Shown in pieces: positions 8,430 through 17,588 of a DNA stretch of 64,000 nt. Every line of letters starts with the position of its first letter. Within the stretch, counting starts at the first letter, position 1. The DNA is from an uncultured Pseudomonadales bacterium (lineage in GTDB: Bacteria; Patescibacteriota; Microgenomatia; UBA1400; PJMF01), in contig CAZWKL010000002.1 in the NCBI GenBank assembly GCA_964633875.1, positions 23,338 through 87,337 of the forward strand, written 5' to 3'. Both the position numbers and the translations under genes were made by a program. Under the pieces are notes generated by a model, which was not told the origin of the DNA, searched no databases, and was given only the letters and a program-made list of their open reading frames with translations.

Positions 8430-9059
8430 ATGTTCGAAAAAACGACCCTTCATCAAATTATTTTTCAGAGGTTGAGAACCAATCGGGTGAAGATTTTGGC
8501 GCTGGTGATTTTTTTGGCGGGCAGTGGAGTGTCCGGCTTTGGTTTGGCTGCGCTGGGGGAGACTGGCGCCGCCGGGTATGAGTTGCAGCCGGTGATCACC
8601 GAATGCACTCAGACAGTTGGCGCCGGCAGCTTGAAAGTGGATGCCGGCGGCGCCATCAAAAACCCCGGCCTTTACACTCTCGATGAAGGCTCCCGGATTG
8701 GCGACGTCATCAAGGCAGCGGGAGGTTTACACCCGGATGCCGATGGCGGTTACATTGCCAGTCAGCTCAACGCCGCCAAGCCGGTCAAAGACGGAGACAA
8801 AATCTACATTCCTTATTTCCAAGAACAGCAGTCGGCGGCGGAAGCAGAGGCCTCATCAGACCAACCGCCGGGCAACAGCAAGCTTATTTCCATCAATCAA
8901 GCCACCGAGAAACAGCTGATGGAGTTACCGCAGATCGGCGCCAAACGGGCTGCGGATATTGTGGCTGGCCGTCCTTATCAATCAATCGAAGAGTTGGTGG
9001 AAATGAGCGTGCTCACTCAAGGTATTTTTGATGGGATTGAAGAGCTGATTAGTCTCTAA
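8430..9059 (+). CDS. comEA: Competence protein ComEA (TM anchor, SLBB domain and helix-hairpin-helix DNA-binding domain)
   Basis: N-terminal TM. GAIKNPGLYTLDEGSRIGDVIKAAGG (SLBB domain). C-terminal INQATEKQLMELPQIGAKRAADIVAGRPYQSIEEL (tandem HhH). Confidence 0.8.
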   Translation: MFEKTTLHQIIFQRLRTNRVKILALVIFLAGSGVSGFGLAALGETGAAGYELQPVITECTQTVGAGSLKVDAGGAIKNPGLYTLDEGSRIGDVIKAAGGLHPDADGGYIASQLNAAKPVKDGDKIYIPYFQEQQSAAEAEASSDQPPGNSKLISINQATEKQLMELPQIGAKRAADIVAGRPYQSIEELVEMSVLTQGIFDGIEELISL

Positions 9060-9164
9060 ATTAGTTATGAGGACAATACTATAGGCTAGTCGATGGACAG
9101 GTAGTTTGTTGATCGGCAACGAGAGGATAACAAATTATGATTTATTAAGCCAAAACTGCTAAAT

Positions 9165-10592
9165 TTGGTCATTATTCGCCGATATTTAGATGTCTTTATA
9201 GTAAAGCAAAATAATATGAATTTTAGCTCTTTAATCACTTTTAAGATATTAATATTAACGCAAATTCTGATAATATTATTGGCTTCGTCTATATATAGTA
9301 GTATGGGGGGAACTAAATTGGGGCGGAGAAGTCCTAGTTGGGCTGTTTTTGCCCTTAAGAACGGCAACGGAGCGAATGAAGATTTACTTGGGGAAATATT
9401 TCAATTACCTCTGGAGCGGTTTACTTTGTTCTTACACAAAAATTACTCGATTAGCACCAGACTTTTACCCCTTGCTAACGGTGTTTTAACAGAAAATATA
9501 TTGAACTATCGGGAAAAGTTGGCAATTACCAGACAAGCCAGTTCGGTAAATAGTGGGATACGCTTTTTGTCCCAGGCTATCACCTCAGGCGAAGAAACTC
9601 TCTTTCATTTCAAGCAACTCGGTATAGCTCAAACCAGATCATTCTTGGGGAAGCCGGCGAGCAATTTTTATGCCCAGCTAGTTTTTGGCAAGTTGGCTGA
9701 AGCGGATAATAAACTGCAGCCTTTATTTGCACTTACAGGGATGCAATATGTTTTGGTTGTTTCCGGCTTTCATTTGAATTTGCTCATCAGAACTGTGACA
9801 GCCAGCTTACAATCCCGCGTCGCCAATTGGCAAGTGGCATTTTTGGCAATAGCGGTGGCAATGGCGTATCACGTGGTTGTGGGTTACTCACCGTCGCTTT
9901 TTCGCGCGGCGGTAATGTCGTGTGCGGCCATCGCGGCGCGCTACGTTTTTTTTCGTCAGCACCGCGCCAGCTACTTTTTCGTGCTGATGATAGTAGTATT
10001 ATGCTTGATGTATAGGGAAAAAATCGAGAACGTATCTTTCCAGCTTTCAGCGGCAGCCACCGCCGGCATTATCTATCTAATGCCTTTTTTTACTCGAGTA
10101 GACAGTGTTATGGCTTCGATTGAAAGAGCGGAAATTAGCGGCGGCTCACTGCGTGGCAGTTTGCTGGCTAAGTATTTTGCTTTAACCAAAGAAAGTTTTT
10201 GGATCAGTGTCAGTGTTAATTTGGCTCTTTTGCCTTTATTACTGTATTACTTTGGTGAAGTCAACTTAGTATCCATTGGTATATCAAGCCTTTTCTTCTG
10301 GATGGCCTCGTTGTTGGTGGCTGGTTCCTGGCTTTTGTTGGCGCTGGCGGCAGCCGCCAGCGCCAATAATTTGCTCCATCAACTGCTTCTACCAGGCAGA
10401 GAGCTTGCTTATTACTTCATGGACTTGGTGGAGCTCATTCTGGGATCGTTTGCCAAATTGCCATTGATCGTGGCCGCGGAAAAATTTGAGCCAATTTATA
10501 TATTTTTGTGGTGGAGTGTGTTAGTAGGGTACGTAGTGATTAGGTCGCAAATCGCGGCGCGAAAAAGAGGATACCAAAGGCTAGCGCTATGA
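9165..10592 (+). CDS. comEC: ComEC/Rec2 membrane channel part (competence domain). The N-terminal DUF4131/OB region appears reduced.
   Basis: LFALTGMQYVLVVSGFHLNLLIRTV is the ComEC competence-domain motif (SGxH). Multiple TM helices follow. The stop overlaps the start of the next gene (ATGA). Confidence 0.75.
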   Translation: MVIIRRYLDVFIVKQNNMNFSSLITFKILILTQILIILLASSIYSSMGGTKLGRRSPSWAVFALKNGNGANEDLLGEIFQLPLERFTLFLHKNYSISTRLLPLANGVLTENILNYREKLAITRQASSVNSGIRFLSQAITSGEETLFHFKQLGIAQTRSFLGKPASNFYAQLVFGKLAEADNKLQPLFALTGMQYVLVVSGFHLNLLIRTVTASLQSRVANWQVAFLAIAVAMAYHVVVGYSPSLFRAAVMSCAAIAARYVFFRQHRASYFFVLMIVVLCLMYREKIENVSFQLSAAATAGIIYLMPFFTRVDSVMASIERAEISGGSLRGSLLAKYFALTKESFWISVSVNLALLPLLLYYFGEVNLVSIGISSLFFWMASLLVAGSWLLLALAAAASANNLLHQLLLPGRELAYYFMDLVELILGSFAKLPLIVAAEKFEPIYIFLWWSVLVGYVVIRSQIAARKRGYQRLAL

Positions 10593-11515
10593 AAAAAAGG
10601 CTGATTTTGGGCATTTTAGCGGTCTTGCTAATTGCGCCTATATATCAACTAATTTCCCAGTGGCCTGATAATTACCTCAGAATCACTTTTTGTGACGTGG
10701 GGCAAGGTGATGCTATTTTGCTTACTTACCAATTCTCGCAGGTGCTGATTGATGGCGGTCCCAACGATCAAGTTTTAACTTGCCTCCAAGACAGGATGCC
10801 ATTTTGGGATAACACGCTAGATCTGGTAGTAGCCACGCACCCGGACGCCGATCACATTGTCGGCCTGACCAGCGTCTTGCAGCGGTATCAGGTAGAGCTA
10901 ATTTTGACTGAAATATCGGGCAAAAATACCAAGGAAGCTGAAGCTTTTTATCATCAGGTCACGACCGCGGTCGAAAATGGCGCTCTGCTCATCCTGCCTA
11001 GGCAAGCTCAACAGCTTATAATAGCGCAAAAACTGGCCTTCGAAATTTTGTGGCCACTCGAGGAAAGTACTGAAATTATAGGGCCTAATTTTCAACCGAC
11101 CGAAACAATATTATCGGATAAAAAGATGATAAAAAGGTTAGAAAACGGTGAAAAAACTGTTAAAAATGACCGATCTATCGTGCTAAATATGCAATTTGGG
11201 GATTTTAAGGTATTCTTGCCTGGTGACCTCGAGAGAAAGGGTGAACAAGCACTACTCGAGATGGGCTTGATAAACGAAGTGAATATGCTAAAAGCGCCGC
11301 ATCACGGGTCAAAAACGAGTACTACACCTGGAATTGCTGCCAAACTCAGACCCGAAATTACGGTCATTAGCAGCGGCAAAAATAACCAATATGGCCACCC
11401 CGCACCAGAGGTAATTGATACTTTAATAGCAATTGGTTCGCGAATTCTCAGAACTGATGAACTGGGAACCATCACTTTTGTCTCGGACGGCCGGCATTAT
11501 TGGCTCGAGGAATAA
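10589..11515 (+). CDS. comEC: ComEC C-terminal metallo-beta-lactamase domain as a separate ORF with its own N-terminal TM helix
   Basis: MKKRLILGILAVLLIAPIY (TM), then ITFCDVGQGDAILL, HPDADHIVGL and APHHGSKTS (MBL-fold motifs of the ComEC nuclease domain). Confidence 0.8.
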   Translation: MKKRLILGILAVLLIAPIYQLISQWPDNYLRITFCDVGQGDAILLTYQFSQVLIDGGPNDQVLTCLQDRMPFWDNTLDLVVATHPDADHIVGLTSVLQRYQVELILTEISGKNTKEAEAFYHQVTTAVENGALLILPRQAQQLIIAQKLAFEILWPLEESTEIIGPNFQPTETILSDKKMIKRLENGEKTVKNDRSIVLNMQFGDFKVFLPGDLERKGEQALLEMGLINEVNMLKAPHHGSKTSTTPGIAAKLRPEITVISSGKNNQYGHPAPEVIDTLIAIGSRILRTDELGTITFVSDGRHYWLEE

Positions 11516-12039
11516 ACCTGGTTTAGCCTGGAACCAGTCGAGTCAATGTTAAGTAGCCATCAGGGAATAATCTCCCACAAAATTTTTGCTGGTGCAACTA
11601 GCAATTTTGTTTTCCAAAGTTAAAGCCTGGTGATGGGTGGAGTGGGCGAGGTTGGTGGAGCCGGCCAATTGCATTTTGAGTGCGCAAAGAAATTCAGCCG
11701 CGGTGACTTTTAGTGATTCTTGCTGCTGCCCGTTGTCACCAAAAATCTGGCTTTGGTAATACTTCGGTTGAAGGTTTTTGCGATCATTGGCTGCGCGGCC
11801 AAAAAATGGAGTTGCTGGCCGATTGGGTAAACAAAGACAAATAAGCTTATAATGAACACATAATGTCAATCGAGTTAAAGGGTATAAATGACCTAAACGC
11901 CTCAGCGCCTGAAAAACAAAATGTACTCAATTTGAGAGAGCAATTTTCGCTATCTGTTCGGTTGAGTTTTGCCCACGGCTTGCCAGTTTCTCCAAGTGAA
12001 GTTATACTAACAACACACGCGCCAGACATGGTTCGCACC

Positions 12040-12262
12040 CATGAATTTGCCGGCTAACTCGCCGTAGCAGAGCGCGGCCGGAGAACAATCCCGGACGGTT
12101 GGGGCCCGTTAAAACCTGAGGCTCACTGAGCCCGCAAGTTTTTCCGCGGTAACGCGGAGAAAGAAAAAGGGTGGTACCGTGTTTCGCTTTATTGGAAAAG
12201 AAGCACCCCTTTGTTGCCGGCGCAAATTTTTGCGCTTGCAGTGAAGGGGTATTTTTGTAGCA
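12040..12262 (+). promoter_or_regulatory. T-box riboswitch leader of argS (Arg specifier, no Stem II)
   Basis: T-box core AGGGTGGTACCGTG at 12168..12181 matches the consensus AGGGUGGNACCGCG. Stem III hairpin ccgcggtaacgcgg lies just upstream. Stem I has a loop ggccggAGAAcaatcccgg, with AGA (Arg) followed by A. A compound terminator hairpin cacccctt...aaggggt plus TTTTT sits at 12204..12256, and its 5' strand can pair with the T-box GGGUG (antiterminator). The following argS starts at 12326. Confidence 0.75.
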
Positions 12263-12325
12263 GAATACACAGAACGTACAAAATTTACAAAACATCCAAA
12301 ACATACGAAATGTAAAGGCGCTTCT

Positions 12326-14188
12326 ATGAAATTTATCAACAACAACTCACAAAATCCCATTAAGCAAGAATTGGAAACACTTATTTGGCAGTCGCTCCAA
12401 GCGCTCAAGCTGCCGCAGCCGGAGCAAATTAACCTGGAGCGACCCGCCAATATTGCGCACGGCGATTACGCCACCAGCGTGGCCATGGAGTTGTTTAGCC
12501 AATCACAAACTAGCAATGAAACAGAATCTTACTCAAGTCCGCGCAATCTGGCGGAGGCTATCGCGGCGGCAATAAACCGCCAACTCGACAGCCAAACCAA
12601 CCCGGCCATCGCCAGCGTGACTGTGGCAGGACCAGGATTCATCAACTTTAAATTGTCTGAGGCTTTTATTGCCGCCAAAATAGGCGAGTTGGCTCAAGAC
12701 CCACGCCCAGCCAAGATGACGCCGGAAAGCCAGCAAAAAATCGTGGTTGAGTATTCTTCGCCCAACATCGCTAAACCGTTTGCGGTTGGTCATTTACGCT
12801 CGACCATTATTGGTGACGCGGTGGCTAATTTGTTGGAGGCGGCCGGTCACACTGTTTACCGCGATAACCACTTGGGTGACTGGGGGACACAGTTTGGCAA
12901 GCAGATTTACGCCATCAAGGCTTGGGGAGACGAAGAGCAGATTGACCGGGCAGAGAATCCGCTCAAAGAGCTAGTGAGTTTGTACGTTAAGTTTCACCAG
13001 GAGGCGGAAGCCGATCCGGAGTTGGAGGAGGCGGCGCGCGCTTGGTTTAAAAAGCTGGAGGATGGCGATCCGGAAGCGCGCCGCCTTTGGCAAAAATGCA
13101 TCCACTGGTCTTGGCAGGAGTTTGAAAAAATCTACCGGCTGCTTAACGTCAGTTTCACCGAAAACGATGGCCGCGGTTACGGCGAGTCATTTTTCGAAGA
13201 CAAAATGGACGTGGTCATTGCCGAGCTCAAAGCCAAAAACCTGCTGCAAGCCAGTGAAGGGGCAGAGTTGGTCTTTTTCCCCAACGATGAGCTGCCACCC
13301 CTTATGATTCTCAAAAAAGACGGTTCTACCCTCTACGCCACCCGCGACCTAGCCGCCGACAAATTCCGGCTGGAGCACTACGGCCACGATATCACCGTGA
13401 TTAATGAAACCGGCTCTGAACAAAGTCTGTATTTCCGGCAGATTTTCAAAACTGAAGAGCTGCTTGGCTGGTACCAGCCCGGTCAGCGGGTGCATATTGG
13501 CCACGGTATGATTCGCTTCAAAGAGGGCAAAATGTCTACCCGCAAGGGCAATGTTGTTTGGCTCAAAGACGTTTTGGATGAAGCCTACCGGCGAGTAAAC
13601 GCCATTTCCAGCCAGGAGTTGACGGAGGAAACCAAGTGGAAAATCGCTGTTGGCGCTTTGAAATGGAACGATCTCAAGCGCAGCCCTCATCTCAATCTGG
13701 TTTTTGATTGGGATGAGATTGTCAACGTCAAGGGCAACTCCGGTCCTTATCTGCAGTATACCCACGTGCGTTGCGGCAGCATTTTTGCCAAAGCCGCGGA
13801 AAAATGGCAGACCGATGCTGTTAGTATAGAAAGTTATATTACTAAACAGATTGATATCTTGCTTAACCTTTTGATACAGCAAAAAATCACTTTATCACCG
13901 ACTGAGAAAGAGCTATTACGAAACCTTAGCTCATATTACGAAACCTTAGAGCATAGTATGATTGAGTACAGCCCCCATCACTTGGCTAATTATCTCTACG
14001 AGCTGGCTCGCACCTTTAATACTTTCTACAGTGATCATCACGTTGTCAACGAAGCCGCTGATGCTTTGGCGGATTTGGCTGAAACCACCCCGGCCGCGCA
14101 CTTGCGCTTGCTGCTAACTCTGGCTACGGCGCGGGTGATTGCTGCTGGTTTGGATATTTTGGGGATTGAAACCGTGGACAGGATGTAG
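12326..14188 (+). CDS. argS: Arginyl-tRNA synthetase
   Basis: 620 aa. SSPNIAKPFAVGHLRSTIIGDA (HIGH-like region). Class I catalytic core and a C-terminal DALR-type anticodon-binding region. The GKMSTRKG stretch is consistent with ArgS, which lacks a canonical KMSKS. Confidence 0.93.
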   Translation: MKFINNNSQNPIKQELETLIWQSLQALKLPQPEQINLERPANIAHGDYATSVAMELFSQSQTSNETESYSSPRNLAEAIAAAINRQLDSQTNPAIASVTVAGPGFINFKLSEAFIAAKIGELAQDPRPAKMTPESQQKIVVEYSSPNIAKPFAVGHLRSTIIGDAVANLLEAAGHTVYRDNHLGDWGTQFGKQIYAIKAWGDEEQIDRAENPLKELVSLYVKFHQEAEADPELEEAARAWFKKLEDGDPEARRLWQKCIHWSWQEFEKIYRLLNVSFTENDGRGYGESFFEDKMDVVIAELKAKNLLQASEGAELVFFPNDELPPLMILKKDGSTLYATRDLAADKFRLEHYGHDITVINETGSEQSLYFRQIFKTEELLGWYQPGQRVHIGHGMIRFKEGKMSTRKGNVVWLKDVLDEAYRRVNAISSQELTEETKWKIAVGALKWNDLKRSPHLNLVFDWDEIVNVKGNSGPYLQYTHVRCGSIFAKAAEKWQTDAVSIESYITKQIDILLNLLIQQKITLSPTEKELLRNLSSYYETLEHSMIEYSPHHLANYLYELARTFNTFYSDHHVVNEAADALADLAETTPAAHLRLLLTLATARVIAAGLDILGIETVDRM

Positions 14189-14231
14189 AGGGCGAAATTT
14201 CGGGCGTTGCTTGTGATATACTAGGCTTCCA

Positions 14232-15545
14232 ATGTTTGATCATTCTATTAAAAAACTCAGCAATGGCTTGCGGATCATCACCATTCCTATGCCAGGTGTC
14301 CAGTCGGTGACCACGCTGGCGCTGGTTAATACCGGTTCACGCTACGAAAAGCCCAAAGAGGAGGGGATTGCCCACTTTTTTGAGCACCTGGTTTTCAAAG
14401 GTACGGCCAATTATCCCGATGCTAAGGTGTTGGCGGCCGCGATTGATGCCATTGGCGCCGATTTTAACGCCTTCACCAGCAAAGAATACACCGGCTATTA
14501 TGTCAAGTCGGCCGCCAAACACGTCGAGCTGGCGCTCGACGTCGTCTCCGACATGCTGCTCCAGCCGCAACTACGCCAAGAAGATATCGATCGCGAGCGG
14601 GGAGTAATCGTCGAAGAAATCAACATGTACCACGACAACCCGATGAGCTTTGTCGGGCAGCTTTTCGACCGGATGTTTTTCCGCGGTTCCGGCTTGAGTC
14701 ACGACATTATTGGTTCTAAAAAGACGGTAGAAAGCCTGAATCGTGCCGATTTCACCAGTTTCTTGCGCCACTGGTATGGTCTGGGCAACACGGTGTTGGT
14801 CATAGCGGGCAACGCCGAAACCGTTCAAGCCACCGCCACCCTCGAATTGGCCCAAGCCAAGTTCGCCAAAGAACCTGATGGTGTTCGTCCCCGGGACAAA
14901 GTCAGCATTAAGCGCTGGGTTTCTTCAAGCAACCCAATCTCACCCCACACCCTCACAGTCGAAGAGCGCCGCACCGAGCAAGCCCACCTAGTCCTTGGCT
15001 GGCCCGGCATCCACCGGCGTGACAAGGACCGCTACGCCCTCACCCTCCTCAACGTCATTATGGGTGGCAACATGAGTTCGCGCCTGTTTACCGAAGTCCG
15101 CGAAAAGCGCGGCCTTTGCTACTATGTGCGTTCGGACAACGACCACTACCATGACACCGGCATTTTCGGCGCCTCGGCAGGAGTTGATCCTGGCAGAATC
15201 GAGGAGGCGCTGAAAGTAATTAAAGCCGAGTTTGCTGCGCTGGTGGGCGGCGAAAAGCCGGTTACCGCGGCTGAACTGGCCGCCGCCAAAGAGTACATTG
15301 TTGGCAGCATGACGCTGGGATTCGAAGACAGCCGGAGTGTGGCGCAGTACTTTGGTTTGCGGCAGGTGCTTAATGATAAGATTGAAACTCCTCAAGAAGT
15401 GCTCGAGAAAATTCGAGCGGTTGAGCTGGAGGCAGTGCAAAAAATTGCCCGCCGGCTAATTAAAGAGCGGGAAATGCGGTTGGCAGTGATTGGGCCGTTT
15501 AGCCAAGAAGATCAAGAAAAAGTTTTCAAAAAATTTGTAGAATAG
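14232..15545 (+). CDS. M16-family zinc peptidase (insulinase-like)
   Basis: Inverted zinc motif HFFEH in GIAHFFEHLVFKGT. 437 aa with M16 N- and C-domains. Confidence 0.85.
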   Translation: MFDHSIKKLSNGLRIITIPMPGVQSVTTLALVNTGSRYEKPKEEGIAHFFEHLVFKGTANYPDAKVLAAAIDAIGADFNAFTSKEYTGYYVKSAAKHVELALDVVSDMLLQPQLRQEDIDRERGVIVEEINMYHDNPMSFVGQLFDRMFFRGSGLSHDIIGSKKTVESLNRADFTSFLRHWYGLGNTVLVIAGNAETVQATATLELAQAKFAKEPDGVRPRDKVSIKRWVSSSNPISPHTLTVEERRTEQAHLVLGWPGIHRRDKDRYALTLLNVIMGGNMSSRLFTEVREKRGLCYYVRSDNDHYHDTGIFGASAGVDPGRIEEALKVIKAEFAALVGGEKPVTAAELAAAKEYIVGSMTLGFEDSRSVAQYFGLRQVLNDKIETPQEVLEKIRAVELEAVQKIARRLIKEREMRLAVIGPFSQEDQEKVFKKFVE

Positions 15546-15576
15546 TAAAAAATTAGAAAAATTAAGAAAGGACATT

Positions 15577-16071
15577 ATGGAAAAAACAGCTCGCACCGCG
15601 GTTTTGGTCAAGCCTGACGGCCTCCAGCGCGGCCTGATTGGTGATATTATTTCCCGTTTTGAGCAGAAGGGCCTCAAGTTAGTGGGCATCAAAATGCTGA
15701 TTATGGACGATGAGCAGCTCTCGGACTGGTACATTGAGCACAAGGATAAGAGTTTTTTTACCGACCTCAAGAGTTTTATGGGCTCGATGCCGATTATAGC
15801 CATGGTTTGGGAAGGCATTGACGCCGTGCCGGTGGTTCGCAAGCTGATTGGGACTACTTTGGGGCGCGAGGCGGAGGCCGGTTCCATCCGGGGTGATTAT
15901 GGTATGAGCCAGCAGATGAACTTGATTCATGCTTCTGCAAATGGCGATGACGCCGAGCGCGAAATCAAAATCATTTTTGAAAACGATGAACTTTTTGACT
16001 ACCATACGGCGCTTGAAGCCATTGTCTACGCCGAGTCGGAGCTGAAGAAGCTGCAAGGTATTGACCAGTAG
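15577..16071 (+). CDS. ndk: Nucleoside diphosphate kinase
   Basis: TAVLVKPDGLQRGLIGDIISRFEQKGLKLVG. Catalytic His region NLIHASANGDDAEREI. Confidence 0.9.
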   Translation: MEKTARTAVLVKPDGLQRGLIGDIISRFEQKGLKLVGIKMLIMDDEQLSDWYIEHKDKSFFTDLKSFMGSMPIIAMVWEGIDAVPVVRKLIGTTLGREAEAGSIRGDYGMSQQMNLIHASANGDDAEREIKIIFENDELFDYHTALEAIVYAESELKKLQGIDQ

Positions 16072-16173
16072 TTGTTAGTCATTACCAATAGTTAACAAAC
16101 TCGTAGTGTGTACAGAGAATAAACCGGAAACATTGCAGGAAGTGGAGAATGGGAGGCTCAACTATTATCGCTG

Positions 16174-16245
16174 TGTCCCCACCAGGAATCGAACCTGGAT
16201 TTAGCGCTTAGGAGGCGCCCGTTCTATCCATTGAACTACAGGGAC
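16174..16245 (-). tRNA. tRNA-Arg (anticodon CCU)
   Basis: The reverse complement gtccctgtagttcaatggatagaacgggcgcctcctaagcgctaaatccaggttcgattcctggtggggaca folds as a cloverleaf. The anticodon loop is CUCCUAA. The TPsiC loop is TTCGATT. No encoded CCA. Confidence 0.85.
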
Positions 16246-16288
16246 TAAGCTGATATCCGCTTATTATAACTGTTTTTTTCCAAAAACC

Positions 16289-16711
16289 TCAGGTTTGTTG
16301 ATGGTCTATTTTCAGTCCCAAAAGCCTGCGAAGCCGAAACTCAATTGAGCGCATAGTTTGCTTCTCAACTTCTGAAAATTCAAACAAGACGTCTTTCGCT
16401 TTCAAATCATTACTCACTTGACTCAAAATTTTAATAAGCTTGGTTTGAAATTGGTGATGGTTCCTAATTTGAGCAGTAATTGCTGCTGGCAGCTGAAAAA
16501 GCTGCTCTTTGGGGGATTTAAGTTCCAAAAGAGTTTTGAGCAGCGCCATTTCTTCCGTCGGCAAGTTTCCCAAGTTTTCAAAATGAGCAATTATTGCTTG
16601 AGCTGTTTCGCTCCAGGCTTGAACGTAATTTCGGACACGCTTGGAAAGCTCCGGTTCTTCGGTTGGGAGGAATTGATTGGGTGTATCCGGTCCTTGTTCT
16701 ATGATTGACAT
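16289..16711 (-). CDS. Hypothetical protein (140 aa) flanked by two tRNA genes
   Basis: An ORF with a plausible helical composition. No recognisable motifs. Confidence 0.4.
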   Translation of the reverse strand: MSIIEQGPDTPNQFLPTEEPELSKRVRNYVQAWSETAQAIIAHFENLGNLPTEEMALLKTLLELKSPKEQLFQLPAAITAQIRNHHQFQTKLIKILSQVSNDLKAKDVLFEFSEVEKQTMRSIEFRLRRLLGLKIDHQQT

Positions 16712-16748
16712 AATATTGAATCAAACCCCTCAAGCTTGCTGTTTTTTG

Positions 16749-16821
16749 TCGGAGATGGCGGACTTGAACCGCCGGCCTCACCGTCCCGAACGGTGCACTC
16801 TACCATCTGAGCTAATCTCCG
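16749..16821 (-). tRNA. tRNA-Pro (anticodon CGG)
   Basis: Reverse complement cggagattagctcagatggtagagtgcaccgttcgggacggtgaggccggcggttcaagtccgccatctccga. Anticodon loop UUCGGGA. Position anchored against the overlapping ORF-track frame. Confidence 0.85.
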
Positions 16822-16918
16822 GTGGCTGGCTGCTAGCTTTGGCAGCGTCTTTTCCAGCAGGGATATTGTACCAGGATTGATTTCAATAGCGTAGGGGTTG
16901 GGAGAGGTAATTGTAAAA

Positions 16919-16934
16919 ACACACAACCGTGTGT
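16919..16934 (+). promoter_or_regulatory. Inverted-repeat operator ACACAC-AACC-GTGTGT overlapping a TACAAT -10 element upstream of the MazE-like gene
   Basis: Perfect 6-bp inverted repeat with a 4-nt spacer 15 nt upstream of the antitoxin ATG. This is the typical autoregulated TA promoter layout. Confidence 0.4.
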
Positions 16935-16948
16935 ACAATTTCAACTAT

Positions 16949-17245
16949 ATGAACACCAAAAAGCTACGGTATTTTCAAGATTTGGCTGCTAGTCTTCAAT
17001 TTGGTAACGGTAAAGCCAACAGAAGGGTGCAATTGAAAATGCCGGCCGAAGTGGTGGAGCAGCTTGACGAGCTATTTCCCGGCATTGACCGCAGCCGGTT
17101 GCTGACTCAGTTGGCTGTCGAGGCCATCAACCAGCAACTTAGATTTGCCGACAGAGCGGTATTAAGAGATTTAATTGCTGATGAGCAGTCAAGTCTGGAT
17201 GAGATGCTCCAATATCTGGAAGAGAGGGATGCCGGCAATGTTTGA
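16949..17245 (+). CDS. Antitoxin of a MazE/PemI-like type II TA module (ribbon-helix-helix-like)
   Basis: VQLKMPAEVVEQLDELFPGIDRSRLLTQLAVEAI. Overlaps the start of the downstream PemK/MazF toxin. Start chosen at the internal ATG 16949. Confidence 0.6.
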   Translation: MNTKKLRYFQDLAASLQFGNGKANRRVQLKMPAEVVEQLDELFPGIDRSRLLTQLAVEAINQQLRFADRAVLRDLIADEQSSLDEMLQYLEERDAGNV

Positions 17246-17588
17246 CAGCGCTCGTCCTCAACCAGGAGATATTTATCTGGTCAGGTTTCATCCAGGTTAT
17301 GGAGCTGAGTTCAAAAGATACCGGCCGGCAGTGGTAATGGCCGCCAACCACATGGATCAGCGCTTCGTTTTGATCGCTCCTTTCACCACTCAGACGAAAA
17401 TTTATCAGCCAGAAACAGAGATTCTCATTCGAGTTAATCCGGCGCTGGAACAGGACTCACTTTTACTAGCTTGGTATCTGCAAACAATTGACATTAACAG
17501 GTTGGAAAAAAAGCTTGGCCGGCTCAGCAGCACGCAGATGCGGCTGGTAAAAAAGGCCACTAGCCACTACTTCAACTCAATTGCATAA
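17229..17588 (+). CDS. PemK/MazF-family endoribonuclease toxin
   Basis: MPAMFDSARPQPGDIYLVRFHPGYGAEFKRYRPAVVMAANHMDQRFVLIAPFTTQ matches the PemK/MazF fold signature. Confidence 0.8.
   Translation: MPAMFDSARPQPGDIYLVRFHPGYGAEFKRYRPAVVMAANHMDQRFVLIAPFTTQTKIYQPETEILIRVNPALEQDSLLLAWYLQTIDINRLEKKLGRLSSTQMRLVKKATSHYFNSIA

Noticed and set aside
11549-12304. Minus-strand ORFs 11549..11869, 11847..12038, 12002..12304, 12109..12450 and plus ORF 11863..12057
   Set aside because: These are Cys-rich, low-complexity translations that overlap the argS T-box leader and the intergenic region. There are no motifs and no RBS. The 500-bp comEC-argS spacer may contain a degraded gene, but nothing is supportable.
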